Shown: positions 52,189 through 62,015 of the stretch, piece by piece
How the letters are laid out: each line of letters starts with the position of its first letter
How positions within the stretch are numbered: position 1 is the stretch's first letter
NCBI GenBank assembly: GCA_964608265.1
Contig: CAZSNP010000002.1
Location: 41,387-105,386, forward strand
DNA from: an uncultured Anaerolineales bacterium
GTDB taxonomy: Bacteria; Chloroflexota; Anaerolineae; Anaerolineales; UBA6663
Length of the DNA stretch: 64,000 nucleotides
Direction of reading: 5' to 3'
Notes under the pieces: generated by a model
The model's input: the letters and a program-made list of their open reading frames with translations, nothing else
What the model was told of the DNA's origin: nothing
Database searches by the model: none
Made by a program: the position numbers and the translations under genes

Positions 52189-52998
52189 TTACTCTTCCAC
52201 CACTTGCCGCGCGGCCACCGGGTCATCGGCGATGAGGCCATCGACCCCGAAGGCTTTGAGGTAGCGATAGAGCAACTCGTTCTCGAACTGGGCGAACCAC
52301 ACGAAGACGCCGCGGCCCTCGCTGTGCGCGGTGCGCACCAGGCCGGGGTTGAGCAGCACCATCTCCGCCGGCGGGCAGACGTACTCGGCGTCGGCGGCGG
52401 GCCAACTCACCTCCCATTGCCATTGATCATACAGCGCGCCCAACCGTGCGGACGGCTTGAGCTGGCGCAGCCGGCGCAGGCTGTCCCAATCGAACGATTG
52501 CAGCACGCAGCGCTCGAGGTAGCCCGCATCCTCGAGGTCGGTCAGCACCTTGAACTCAATGCCCGGGTAGAGCTTCGGCGACTTCACCTCGACGAGCAGT
52601 TCGGCGCCGGTGCGCTTCGCCAGCTCGACCAGTTCCTTCAGCGTCGGCACGCGCTCGCCGTTACCGGCGTCGAGGGCGCGCAGTTCGGCCAGGGTCTTGT
52701 CCATCACCCAGCCCTCGCCGTTGGTCGTCCGCTCCAGCGTCTCGTCGTGGATGACGACGACCTCGCCATCCCTGGTGAGGTGCACATCGCATTCGAGCAT
52801 GGTCGCGCCGACGGCGATGGCGTGCTGGAAGGCGGCCAGCGTGTTCTCGGGCGCGTACTTCGGCCCGCCCCGGTGCGCGATGACGCGCGTGCCGCCGACC
52901 GGCGCGGTGCGGCGCGCGTATTGCGCGGCGTAATATGCCGCCGCCGCCCCGGCCGCAATGCCCAGCATGTTGGTGAGGTTACGAGAGAAGGAGGACAT
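52189..52998 (-). CDS. glycerophosphodiester phosphodiesterase (GDPD) with N-terminal TM
   Basis: VIAHRGGPKYAPENTLAAFQHAI.VGA.MLECDVHLTRDGEVVVIHDETLERTTNG; GGAG SD. Confidence 0.85.
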   Translation of the reverse strand: MSSFSRNLTNMLGIAAGAAAAYYAAQYARRTAPVGGTRVIAHRGGPKYAPENTLAAFQHAIAVGATMLECDVHLTRDGEVVVIHDETLERTTNGEGWVMDKTLAELRALDAGNGERVPTLKELVELAKRTGAELLVEVKSPKLYPGIEFKVLTDLEDAGYLERCVLQSFDWDSLRRLRQLKPSARLGALYDQWQWEVSWPAADAEYVCPPAEMVLLNPGLVRTAHSEGRGVFVWFAQFENELLYRYLKAFGVDGLIADDPVAARQVVEE

Positions 52999-53084
52999 AG
53001 TTTGCTCCAGAGCGGTTTGTAATCTGAAGTCGAAAACCCCGTATCGAATCACACGGATACATCAAAGAGCGAAACAACGAGCGT

Positions 53085-53229
53085 GTCACCCTGAGCGCGA
53101 ATGCTGAGTTTGTGCACTGCCGCTTCTTTTCGCGCGAAGGGTCTTCAGGAATTGCAAGGGCGCCTTTCGCGCGATGAGTTTCAGTTGAAGCTAGGGCCGG
53201 GCATCAGCGCTCAGGGCGACATGCCCGGC
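53085..53229. repeat. nested inverted-repeat element in the purA-GDPD spacer
   Basis: GTCACCCTGAGCGC (53085-53098) versus GCGCTCAGGGCGAC (53207-53220), 13/14. GCCGGGCAT (53196-53204) / ATGCCCGGC (53221-53229). Inner TTCGCGCGAAGG / CCTTTCGCGCGA. Confidence 0.5.
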
Positions 53230-53317
53230 TCAACTCAATTCGCGTTCATTCGCGAAATACGCTGCCCTCCGCCATTCTACCGTACGGACAAGTTTACCAG
53301 TGGCGTCGCGGTTTGGC

Positions 53318-54610
53318 TCACCTCACAAACACAATCTGCTCGCGCTCGGGGCCGACGCTGACCATGCTCACCGGCACGCCGGTCAGCGCCTCGATGCGGC
53401 GGAGGTAGTGGCGGGCCGCCTCCGGCAACGCGGCGAGCGTGCGCACCCCGGTCACATCTTCTTCCCATCCCGGCAAATCCTCGTACACGGCGGTGAACGG
53501 CGAAAGGTCCGCCGGGCCGAGGGGCAACTCGGCGTGCGTCTGGCCGTTGGCCACATAAGCCGTACACAGCTTCACCGTCGTCAATCCCGAGAGCACATCC
53601 AACTTCGTCAACGCCAATTCGGTGAGGCCGTTGACGCGGATGGCGTACCGCAGCAAGACCAGGTCGAGCCAGCCGCAGCGGCGCGGGCGGCCCGTCGTCG
53701 TGCCGAACTCATCCCACGGGTTGCGGCCCGTGCCGCGCAAGCGTTCGGCCTCGGCGCCGAAAGCCTCCGTCGGAAACGGCCCCTCGCCGACGCGCGTCTG
53801 AAACGCCTTCGTCACCCCGAGGATCCGATCCACCCACTTCGGCCCGACGCCGAGGCCGCTGAACACGCCGCCCGCCGAGGGCGAGGAACTGGTGACATAC
53901 GGATACGTGCCATGATCGACATCGAGCAGGGTGCCCTGCGCGCCCTCGGCGATGACGCGCGCGCCCAGCTGCAACTGTTGATACAGGAACAGCGAGGTGT
54001 CGGTGATGTACGGCGCGAGGCGGTGGGCGTGCGCGGCATATTCGGCGGCGACGGCCTGAGCGTCGAGCAGCGGCGCGCCGTAGATTTTTCCCAGGTAGGC
54101 ATTGGCCTGGCGGATGTGTTCGTGCATCGCGTCGCCGAGCTTTTCGGGGTCGAGCAACAGCTCGGCCCGCAACCCGTGGCGCGAGGTTTTGGCCGTGTAC
54201 GCCGGGCCGATGCCGCGCCCGGTCGTGCCGATCTTGCCTTCCGCGCGCGCCGACTCTTCCGCGCGGTCGAGGGCGATGTGCGCCGGGGTGAGGAGGTGGG
54301 CGGCCGCCGAGATTTTGATGCGCGCCGGCGATACCTCGACCCCGTGCCCGGCCAGTTCATCCATCTCCTTCAGCAGCCGCGCCGGGTTGACGACCATGCC
54401 GTTCCCCAGCACACTCACCGTGCGCGGCTGCACGATGCCCGACGGCAGCAGATGCAGTTTGAAGAGTTGCGCGCCGACGGTGACGGTGTGCCCGGCGTTG
54501 TCGCCGCCCGAGTAGCGCGCGACGATGGCGGCGTCCTCGGCCAGCAGATCGGTGATGCGGCCCTTGCCCTCATCGCCCCACTGCGCGCCGACCAGGATAT
54601 CCAGTGGCAT
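53318..54610 (-). CDS. purA: adenylosuccinate synthase
   Basis: MPLDILVGAQWGDEGKGRITDLL, GTTGRGIGPAY, GTTTGRPRRCGW. Confidence 0.95.
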   Translation of the reverse strand: MPLDILVGAQWGDEGKGRITDLLAEDAAIVARYSGGDNAGHTVTVGAQLFKLHLLPSGIVQPRTVSVLGNGMVVNPARLLKEMDELAGHGVEVSPARIKISAAAHLLTPAHIALDRAEESARAEGKIGTTGRGIGPAYTAKTSRHGLRAELLLDPEKLGDAMHEHIRQANAYLGKIYGAPLLDAQAVAAEYAAHAHRLAPYITDTSLFLYQQLQLGARVIAEGAQGTLLDVDHGTYPYVTSSSPSAGGVFSGLGVGPKWVDRILGVTKAFQTRVGEGPFPTEAFGAEAERLRGTGRNPWDEFGTTTGRPRRCGWLDLVLLRYAIRVNGLTELALTKLDVLSGLTTVKLCTAYVANGQTHAELPLGPADLSPFTAVYEDLPGWEEDVTGVRTLAALPEAARHYLRRIEALTGVPVSMVSVGPEREQIVFVR

Positions 54611-54676
54611 AGACCCCTCGTTGAGGGGGCGAATGACGGGTGACGAGGGTCACTCGCCGCCCGTCACTCGTCCCTT

Positions 54677-56092
54677 TCAGTACGCGCCGTTCCCAAACAG
54701 CACGCGCGGAATCGTCCGCAACATGATGATGATGTCGAGCGGCACCGACCAGTTCTCGATGTAATAGATGTCGAGCAGACATCCCTCGTCGAAGGTCAGG
54801 TCGCTGCGGCCCGAGATCTGCCACAGCCCGGTGATGCCGGGCTGCACCTCCAGCCGTTGCAGGTGCCAGTGCTGATACTGCGTCACCTCGGCCGGCAGCG
54901 CCGGGCGCGGGCCGACGACGCTCATCTCGCCGCGCAGCACGTTGAGAAATTGCGGCATCTCGTCGAAGCTGGTGCGGCGCAGCCATTTACCCACGCGGGT
55001 GATGCGCGGGTCGTCTCTGATCTTGAACAGCGGGCCGCTGGCTTCGTTCAGCGTGCGCAGGGCCTCGACCTGCTCCTCGGCGCCGTGATACATCGAACGG
55101 AATTTATAGATCGTGAACGGGCGGCCCTTCTCGCCGATGCGGGTCTGTTTGAACAGCACCGGGCCGGCCGATTCGAGCCGGATGAGCAGGGCGGACAGCA
55201 ACAGGATCGGCCCGTTGATGAGCAAGATCAGCAGCGCGAAGACGACATCGAGCGCGCGCTTGAGCACCCGGCCCGGCCGCGAGATCTTCGCCTCCTTGAT
55301 GCCGATGAGGGGGATGCCGCCGATGTCGTCCACGTCGAGGCGGCTGAGCGAGAGCTGGAAGATATCCGGCACGACGCGCGCCCGCACGCCGACCCGCTCG
55401 CAGGCGCGCACCAGGCCGACGATCTTGCGCTGATACATCCACGGCAACGTGATCAAGACTTCATCCACCGGTTCCGAGCGCAGCAACTCCTCCACGCGCT
55501 CGAGGCTGCCATAGTTCTTGTAGCGTCCCAGTTCGGCTTTGGAGGGATTGTCATCCACAAAGCCGGCGATCTGGTAGCCCAGCGCCGGATTGGCCACGAT
55601 CGTGCGCATGACGGTGCGGCCCAGTTCTCCCGCGCCGACGATGAGCACCCGCGCCACCCCGACGCCGCGCCGCCGCAGCCCGGCCCGAATCCAGCGTTGC
55701 ATCAAACGCGCCAGGCTCAACAGCACGATGGTGAACAGGATCGCCCACAGGATCATGAGGCGCGAGTACACCAGCGTGCGCACGAGAAAAACCACGGCGA
55801 AGAGGATGACGCCGACGGTGGTGGTGGCGTTGACGATGCGGTAGACCTCGGTGAACCAACTGCCGCCGCGCTGCGCGGTGTACACGCCGTCGACGGCCAT
55901 GAACATCAGCATCAGCCCGGTGTAGGCCACCAGCATGAGGGTGTATTCCGAAAACGGCGCGAAGAACTGCTCGCCCACCGGCTGGATCAGTTGCAGCACA
56001 TAGCGCGCGTAATAGGCCAGCGCGAACGCGAGGATGATCAGCACCGCATCGGTGACGATGAGCAAAGCCAGGGTGCCGTTTCGCTTGAGCAT
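54677..56092 (-). CDS. polyprenyl-phosphate hexose-1-phosphate transferase (WbaP/exopolysaccharide priming sugar transferase family)
   Basis: N-terminal TM block and Rossmann-like middle (RVLIVGAGELG). C-terminal KRALDVVFALL...PVLFKQTRIGEKGRPFTIYKFRSM...DELPQFLNVLRGEMSVVGPRP. Confidence 0.85.
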   Translation of the reverse strand: MLKRNGTLALLIVTDAVLIILAFALAYYARYVLQLIQPVGEQFFAPFSEYTLMLVAYTGLMLMFMAVDGVYTAQRGGSWFTEVYRIVNATTTVGVILFAVVFLVRTLVYSRLMILWAILFTIVLLSLARLMQRWIRAGLRRRGVGVARVLIVGAGELGRTVMRTIVANPALGYQIAGFVDDNPSKAELGRYKNYGSLERVEELLRSEPVDEVLITLPWMYQRKIVGLVRACERVGVRARVVPDIFQLSLSRLDVDDIGGIPLIGIKEAKISRPGRVLKRALDVVFALLILLINGPILLLSALLIRLESAGPVLFKQTRIGEKGRPFTIYKFRSMYHGAEEQVEALRTLNEASGPLFKIRDDPRITRVGKWLRRTSFDEMPQFLNVLRGEMSVVGPRPALPAEVTQYQHWHLQRLEVQPGITGLWQISGRSDLTFDEGCLLDIYYIENWSVPLDIIIMLRTIPRVLFGNGAY

Positions 56093-56131
56093 GCCGGAAT
56101 CGGAGAGAAGTACCGCAGCGCGCGCCTGCCG

Positions 56132-57241
56132 TCAGCTGGTCAGCGCCTTTCGATAGCTGGCCACAGTGGCCGCCGCCGTATCGGCCCAGGTGAAGCGCGC
56201 CGCGTGCGCCGGGCCGCGCGCCGCCAGCGCGCCGTCGTCGTTCAGCGCGCGGCGCAGCGCCTCGGTCAACGCCGGCACATCGCCCGGCGGCACACACACC
56301 GCCGCCTGCCCGGCGGCCTCGGGCAGCGACGAAGCCGTCGTCGTTACGACGGGCCGGCCACAGGCCAGGGCTTCCAGCACAGGCATTCCAAAACCTTCGA
56401 AGGTCGAGGGATAGGCGAAGACGGCGGCTGCGTTATACCACATCGGCAACTCCTCGGCGGGCACAAACCCGGGAAAATGCACAACGTTCGTCAGCCCGGA
56501 TCGTTCCACCTGCCGGAAGAGGTCAGCGTAGAACCAACCCTTCGCGCCCGCGAGCACCAGGTGGAGCTTGGCGGCCTGGAGCTTGTCGAAGGCGCTGATG
56601 AGGCAGGCGAGGTTCTTGCGCGGCTCGAGGGTGCCGAGGTAAAGGATGAAGCGCTCGGGCAGGCCGGCGCGCGCGCGAAAGGCCTCCACCTCGGCGGGCG
56701 GCAGCGGGCGGAAGCGCGCGTCCACGCCGGGCCGCGCCACATCCACGCGGTCATCCATCACACCCAATAGCTGCACCACATCCCGCTTCGTGCTCTCCGA
56801 AATCGCGAGCACCCGGCGCGCGCGGCGGCACGAGTGCGCGGTGAGGGCCGACAGGTACAGCCGTTGCGCTGTCGGAAAGTTGCGCGGGAACAATCGAAAC
56901 GAGAGGTCGTACACGGTGACGACGGCGGGCACGGGGTTGAGCAGCGGCGAGGCGAAGGCCAGCGAGTGCAGCAGGTCGGGCCGGAGGCGCGCGAGGGCCA
57001 GCGGCTGCGCGAGTTGCTCCCACAGGATGCGGGCCAGCGGGCGCTGCGTCGGCCAGCGGCTGCGCTCGATCCGCGCGCGCGCCATCACCGGTTGGCCTGC
57101 GCCGACGAACACCGTGAAGTCAAACTCCGGCCCGGCCTCGGGCAGAGACTGGAGCGTGTTGAAAATGTATTGATGGATGCCCGCGCTGCGATACGACGCG
57201 CCACCGTACAGCAAGTGCGCGTTGAGCGCGAGGTGCGGCAT
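56132..57241 (-). CDS. glycosyltransferase family 4 (GT-B)
   Basis: MPHLALNAHLL..G...RSAGIHQY start. C-terminal LGTLEPRKN...PS.FEGFGMPVLEALACG.PVV (E-x7-E region). The track's N-terminal 90 codons were rejected. Confidence 0.8.
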   Translation of the reverse strand: MPHLALNAHLLYGGASYRSAGIHQYIFNTLQSLPEAGPEFDFTVFVGAGQPVMARARIERSRWPTQRPLARILWEQLAQPLALARLRPDLLHSLAFASPLLNPVPAVVTVYDLSFRLFPRNFPTAQRLYLSALTAHSCRRARRVLAISESTKRDVVQLLGVMDDRVDVARPGVDARFRPLPPAEVEAFRARAGLPERFILYLGTLEPRKNLACLISAFDKLQAAKLHLVLAGAKGWFYADLFRQVERSGLTNVVHFPGFVPAEELPMWYNAAAVFAYPSTFEGFGMPVLEALACGRPVVTTTASSLPEAAGQAAVCVPPGDVPALTEALRRALNDDGALAARGPAHAARFTWADTAAATVASYRKALTS

Positions 57242-57419
57242 ACGCAGGATTATAGCGGAGCGAAAAAAGCCGCGCCTCCTTAATGGGATGCGCGGCTGAA
57301 GCTCGGTCGGTGACGACGGGGTTACCGATTGTGCGGCACCGTCACCGCCCGCGAGCCGGATGACGGCACGGGCGACGCGGATAGGGCCAACGATACCGTG
57401 ATTGTGAATGACACAACCT

Positions 57420-57868
57420 TCAGGCTGCGCCGTGGGGCCGGGCGTGATCGAGGTAGCCCGACTGGCCCTGAAAGACGACGAAGTTCGCGTCCGCGCCGCG
57501 GAAGGCGTCAATCAGCTTGGTGTAGCCGGCCAGGGCGAGGGCAAAGTCCAGTCCACGCCAGATTTTCGCCCTCACCCCGTCCCTCTCCCGCTGGGAGAGG
57601 GAGTGGAGCGTGTCATTGGAATCCCGCTCCAAATCATGAGTGCCGACTCCCCCTTCTCCCGCTGGGAGAGTCGCTGCGCTTACGGGGCTGGGGGATAAGG
57701 GCGAGCGCGGTGACTTTGCACACACCCTGTGTGGCCGGCGTTCCTGATCGCCGTGATCGTGTCTTCGAGAGCGTATGCGTTGAGTTCGCCGCTGATGAAT
57801 CTGTGTCGAAGCGCGTTCACAGAGGATACGCCGGTTGTCGTGAGGCTGTATGCGAAGGCGGGTGACGG
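57420..57868 (-). pseudogene. C-terminal remnant of an extracellular endonuclease/exonuclease/phosphatase (ExeM/NucH-like) gene, split by a MITE
   Basis: Reverse-strand translations: 57850-57730 gives ..FISGELNAYALEDTITAIRNAGHT; 57530-57423 gives AGYTKLIDAFRGADANFVVFQGQSGYLDHA... The two halves are 209 nt apart and out of frame; removing 209 nt restores the frame. Confidence 0.45.
57531..57729. mobile_element. MITE-like element, copy 3, with 10-bp flanking direct repeat
   Basis: TIRs CAGGGCGAGGGCAAAGTC (57531-57548) / GACTTTGCACACACCCTG (57712-57729), 15/18. Flanks TGTAGCCGGC (57521-57530) and TGTGGCCGGC (57730-57739), 9/10. Confidence 0.65.
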
Positions 57869-57942
57869 TCACGGGCAACTCGTTGCTGCCCGTGACCGTC
57901 GCTGTGAAACAAGTGGGGCTGGCCCTGAAGGCGGCCAGCCCC
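57863..57942 (-). terminator. two tandem strong hairpins downstream of the NPP/5'-nucleotidase gene
   Basis: GGGGCTGGCC-8nt-GGCCAGCCCC (57915-57942), followed on the minus strand by ACTTGTTTC. GACGGTCACGGGCA-9nt-TGCCCGTGACCGTC (57863-57899). Confidence 0.65.
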
Positions 57943-57968
57943 TGTTGATACCGGGATAGTCGTTGGGG

Positions 57969-60900
57969 TTACTGTCGGACGATGCGACCCTGCACGGGCG
58001 GCGCCGTCACCGGCGAGTTCGCTGCTACGTAATCGATGGAGATTTCGAGCAGGCCATCACCGGGCTGCTGCACGTTCGTGCCGCCGGCCAGGGCGGTGTA
58101 ACCATCGCCGCCGGTGAACATGAAGTCGTTGGTCACCAGCCGGACGTTGGTCGTGTCCGTGATTTCTGTTTCCGGCCCGCCGATGCCGCTCGGCGTCAGC
58201 CACATACCGGTGATCTCCGGCGTGGTGCCGTTGCAGCGGAAGGTGAAGCGCATCCCCGAGACCTGTGGGAAGCGCCCGGTGGCGACGGCGGTATTGCACA
58301 CGGGCGACACGCCGTTGAGCAACGCCGTGCGCAACTGCGCCCCGGTCAGTGTTTCGATGACGGTGCGGTTGCCGAACGGCAGCACGGCGAACATCTCGCC
58401 CCAGGTGATTTCACCGGGTTGCTCGCCAGCGGAGGGCGGCGCGACCAACAGGTCGGCGCGCAGGCCACCCGAGTTGGTGAGGGCGACCTGCACGCTCGGA
58501 TACTTCAGGCGCATCGCGTCGGCGATGAGGTTGCCCATCGGGGATTCGTTCAGCCGCGTCGGGTCGCGCCGGATGTCGGCGGTCTGGCTGCCGATAACCT
58601 GATTGCGCAACACCGCCGTCTGCGCGTTGGCGTCATCAACGATGGCCTTGACATCGGGCCGCAGGGCCACGCCGAGGTTCTTGGCCACGCGCGTCGCGCC
58701 GCCGGCCCACTCCACATCGCCGCCTTGCACGACGAGCTGGAGCACCGAGAAAGTCGCGCCGGCGTTGACGCCCTCCACCACGAGGATGTCGCCGACGTAC
58801 AGGTTCGACACGCGATGGGTGTGCCCGGCGATGACGGCGTCCACCGTCGTATCCTGTATGGCGTTGGTGATGTCGACAATCGGCCCGGCCCACGCCACGG
58901 GCGCGACACCATCCACGGCGTTCGAGCCGACCGCCGAGCCTTCGTGGATGAGCACGATTTGGATCTGCACGCCCTGATGGCGCAGCCGCTCCGATTCGGC
59001 GCGGATGGTTTCCACCGCCGGCAGGAAGCGCAGCCCGGCGGTCGCGCCCGCCGAGACCAGCTCAGGCGTGTTCTCCAGTTCGATGCCGATGACGCCGATG
59101 GGGTAGTCGCCCCACCAGAAGATGCGGCTGCCCTCGACCCAGTCGGGATTGTGGCCGGTGGCCGCGTCCACGATGTTCGCGCCGAGGAAGGGGAAGTTGG
59201 CGCGGGCCTGATGTTGCAGCAGCCGCGACACACCGTAGTCGAACTCGTGGTTGCCGTACGAGGTGGCGTTCAGCCCCCACGCGTTCTCGACATCAATCGC
59301 CGGCATGTCCTGCAGCAGGCCGGAGTTGGCCGGCGAAGCCCCGACGTTATCGCCGGCGGCGAACAGCAGCGCGTGACCCGTCAATCGGGCGGCCTCTTCG
59401 TCGAACAGCGTGGCCAGTTGCGCCGCGCCGCCGACCGAGACATTGAGGTTGTCCATCCGCATCGTCGTCGGGTCAAGCTGGCCGTGGAAGTCGTTCAGGC
59501 CGAGCATCGGGATGACGTTATCCCACGAGCCGCCCTTGATCACATCCATGTGCACCTGGCCCTGGGCGTGCTGCGGGATGGGGATGCGCATGAGATAGGC
59601 GATCGTCGGGGCGAGGTCGGTCGAGCGGATGCCGTCCACCACCGTGCGCCGGATGGCCGGGCCGCCGGCGAGGAAGGTCGCGCGCAGGTTGATGTTGGCC
59701 TCGAGGTTCTGCACATCCGGCACGTAGCCGTGCTGCCCGAAGAAGGCCGACAGCGCGATCAACGTTCCGGGGGTCGCCGCATCGAATTGATACGGCGGAT
59801 AAGAGAACGCCACCACGTCGCCGGTGCGGGTGGGGTGGGCCATATCGGTGTGATTAAGGCCGTCGTCCGTGTTGGGGATATAGCGCGCCTCGGCCTTGGT
59901 GTAGACGCGGTCAATCACCGTCCACCCCTCCGGCTGGCCGTCGCCCGTCCAGTCGTTCGGATCAGACAGGCCCTGGAATGCGGACTTGATTTGCGCGACG
60001 ACGGTATCGTAATTCGAGGCCACGACCTGCGTGATCGTACTCGGCATCGGGAGCGGGTCGCGCCCGGCGAGGTTGAGGTAAATCTGCACCGTGCCGCCGG
60101 CCCAGCAAGCCTTGGCCTTGCCGATGGTCTCGCCCGTCGCCAGTCGGCAGTTGGAGGTCTGTGGCCGCGACAGCAAACCCAAATCCACCAACACCTTGCT
60201 GGCGTCAATGGCCAGGAACTGCGGCGCGAAGCCGTGATCGGACGACACGAACGTGTTGACGTTGCCCGGCATGAGCGACTGAACGAGCGCCAGCGTCCGA
60301 TCGGCGCCTTGATAAGCGCGGCGCAGGAAGCCTTCGCGCACGGCCACGCGGCCATCGGGCGTGCCGTTGACTTGCACGTCGTCATAGGCCGGGTTGTGGT
60401 CGCCGTTCGGCAAGGTCGGCGAGACCAGCCCGAGGAACTGATGCGAGAACTCATCGGTGACCGGGTAGCCCGCAAGCACCAGATCGGGCCTGTGCTTGTC
60501 GAGGATGTACTCGATCACCGGCCAGTGCCCGGTTTCCCAGTACAGGCCCTGCTCCACATACGTTTCTTCGCTGACGATGCCGGCCTCGAGGACGGCGAAG
60601 TCGGCGGCGGTGGAGGTGGGGAATTCCCTGGCGATGAACTCGCCGAAGTCGGTATAGCCCGGCTCGCCCGGCCACGTCGGCCACGAAGCGTTCGAGCGCG
60701 CCACCGAGGTGTGGAAGAGGCGCACTTCCGAGAGATCGGGCGCGAGCCGTTCCACTTTCACCAGCATGCCGCCGGTCTTGCCGGCCAGCGACCCGCCGAC
60801 GATGGTGACTTTGACGTCGGCCCACTCACCTTCGGCCAGCGTGCCGGCGGCGGCGCTGCCGTCTTTGCTCGGCGAGAAGAGCACATGATCGTAATTGGTC

Positions 60901-61676
60901 GTGCTGTCGTTGGTCGAGTCAAAGATGTAGGCATTCAGGCCATACTTGTCGGTGCCGAAGTCGAGCACCCGCATCCGCATCTCTTTGGCCGGACTGTATG
61001 AGGTCGGCACATTCGTCCAGCCGCTCGCATCGGTCGGCGCAGCGCCGGGGAAGGGTGGCTGGCCCGCGAAGCCAACCGGATGATCGAACTGCAAGCTAAA
61101 GGCCGCGGTGAAGGAGGCGCTATCGAGCGGGCTGATGTAGTTGGTGGCGACGCCGCGCCCGGAGAAGAACCCACGGAAGTCAATCGTCGGGCCGTTGATG
61201 GTGCCGTTGCGGCCGCCGGCCCACTCGATCTGCGCCACCTTCTTGCCGCCGCGTTCGGCGGCCTGGGCCAGCGTCTCGGCCTGCAACACGCCGGCGTCGA
61301 ACGCGGCGGTGCGATTGGTGAACGCTTGGCCATTGATATGGAAGGTGTTATTCGTGGAGCCATGCACACCCGGCCAGGCACCGGTCGCGAGCGTGTACCA
61401 GCCCGCGCCCGTATTGGCGGCGGCCTGGGTCAGCAATCCGTTGCCGCTGGCATACGCGCCGCGTTGCAGCAGCTTCCGCATCGCGGGCAGTGTCCCCTGC
61501 TGGGCATACTGCCGAACGAGGTCTTGCCGCAAACCGTCGGCGGCGAAAAAGATCACGGAGTCGGCTTTGGCGGATTGGCGCGTGTGGGTGGGGGTGGCCG
61601 CGCGCACTGACGGCGCGAAACCGGCGCCCATGGCCAGCACAAGGATGACAAAGAGGTTGAAGAGTCTGTTTTTCAT
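57969..61676 (-). CDS. secreted fusion: nucleotide pyrophosphatase/phosphodiesterase (AlkP superfamily) + calcineurin-like metallophosphoesterase + 5'-nucleotidase C-terminal domain
   Basis: Signal peptide [36 protein letters not shown]...TGAWPGVHG...SSDHGF (NPP). NDFHGQL...GNHEFDYG (5'-NT metallophosphatase). UshA-like C-terminus. Confidence 0.85.
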   Translation of the reverse strand: MKNRLFNLFVILVLAMGAGFAPSVRAATPTHTRQSAKADSVIFFAADGLRQDLVRQYAQQGTLPAMRKLLQRGAYASGNGLLTQAAANTGAGWYTLATGAWPGVHGSTNNTFHINGQAFTNRTAAFDAGVLQAETLAQAAERGGKKVAQIEWAGGRNGTINGPTIDFRGFFSGRGVATNYISPLDSASFTAAFSLQFDHPVGFAGQPPFPGAAPTDASGWTNVPTSYSPAKEMRMRVLDFGTDKYGLNAYIFDSTNDSTTNYDHVLFSPSKDGSAAAGTLAEGEWADVKVTIVGGSLAGKTGGMLVKVERLAPDLSEVRLFHTSVARSNASWPTWPGEPGYTDFGEFIAREFPTSTAADFAVLEAGIVSEETYVEQGLYWETGHWPVIEYILDKHRPDLVLAGYPVTDEFSHQFLGLVSPTLPNGDHNPAYDDVQVNGTPDGRVAVREGFLRRAYQGADRTLALVQSLMPGNVNTFVSSDHGFAPQFLAIDASKVLVDLGLLSRPQTSNCRLATGETIGKAKACWAGGTVQIYLNLAGRDPLPMPSTITQVVASNYDTVVAQIKSAFQGLSDPNDWTGDGQPEGWTVIDRVYTKAEARYIPNTDDGLNHTDMAHPTRTGDVVAFSYPPYQFDAATPGTLIALSAFFGQHGYVPDVQNLEANINLRATFLAGGPAIRRTVVDGIRSTDLAPTIAYLMRIPIPQHAQGQVHMDVIKGGSWDNVIPMLGLNDFHGQLDPTTMRMDNLNVSVGGAAQLATLFDEEAARLTGHALLFAAGDNVGASPANSGLLQDMPAIDVENAWGLNATSYGNHEFDYGVSRLLQHQARANFPFLGANIVDAATGHNPDWVEGSRIFWWGDYPIGVIGIELENTPELVSAGATAGLRFLPAVETIRAESERLRHQGVQIQIVLIHEGSAVGSNAVDGVAPVAWAGPIVDITNAIQDTTVDAVIAGHTHRVSNLYVGDILVVEGVNAGATFSVLQLVVQGGDVEWAGGATRVAKNLGVALRPDVKAIVDDANAQTAVLRNQVIGSQTADIRRDPTRLNESPMGNLIADAMRLKYPSVQVALTNSGGLRADLLVAPPSAGEQPGEITWGEMFAVLPFGNRTVIETLTGAQLRTALLNGVSPVCNTAVATGRFPQVSGMRFTFRCNGTTPEITGMWLTPSGIGGPETEITDTTNVRLVTNDFMFTGGDGYTALAGGTNVQQPGDGLLEISIDYVAANSPVTAPPVQGRIVRQ

Positions 61677-61891
61677 AGGGTTACCTTGCGAAAGGAAACA
61701 ACCACTCAATGGGGGCTGGCCGAGGTGCATTGGCCGGAGGAACACGCCCCGTCGTGCAAAGAGGAATTGGGAACGTATGATGTTGATGAGCGGTCTGGCA
61801 CCTCCTCCAAGTTGGCGTTGCTACAGCGGCACGGGCGAGTCAGCCCGACAGGTCGAACCTGCAGACAGGCTTTTTCATGCTACTGGCTAAA

Positions 61892-61941
61892 GCTCAACGC
61901 CTCTTCAACCAGCCTTCAACAGCATTTCAGGTTGTAACAAC
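61892..61941 (-). promoter_or_regulatory. three direct repeats GTTGA(A/G) at exact 11-nt spacing plus a GTTGTAACAAC palindrome, upstream of the phosphatase fusion gene
   Basis: Minus strand: GTTGTAACAAC ctgaaatgct GTTGAAGGCTG GTTGAAGAGGC GTTGAGC, 215-265 nt upstream of ATG 61676. Confidence 0.3.
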
Positions 61942-62015
61942 TCGAATGGGGAAAGCGACAAACTGAACTCTACCGTTACTGAGCAGGCGTATGATACCGC
62001 GTTTGGCGCGGGCCT

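Noticed and set aside
57242-57511. N-terminal extension of the GT4 gene (MTPSAARTRTSSSFRASRATS...)
   Set aside because: Low-complexity sequence running through the spacer and nuclease-remnant region. The conserved GT4 N-terminus MPHLALNAHLL starts at 57241.
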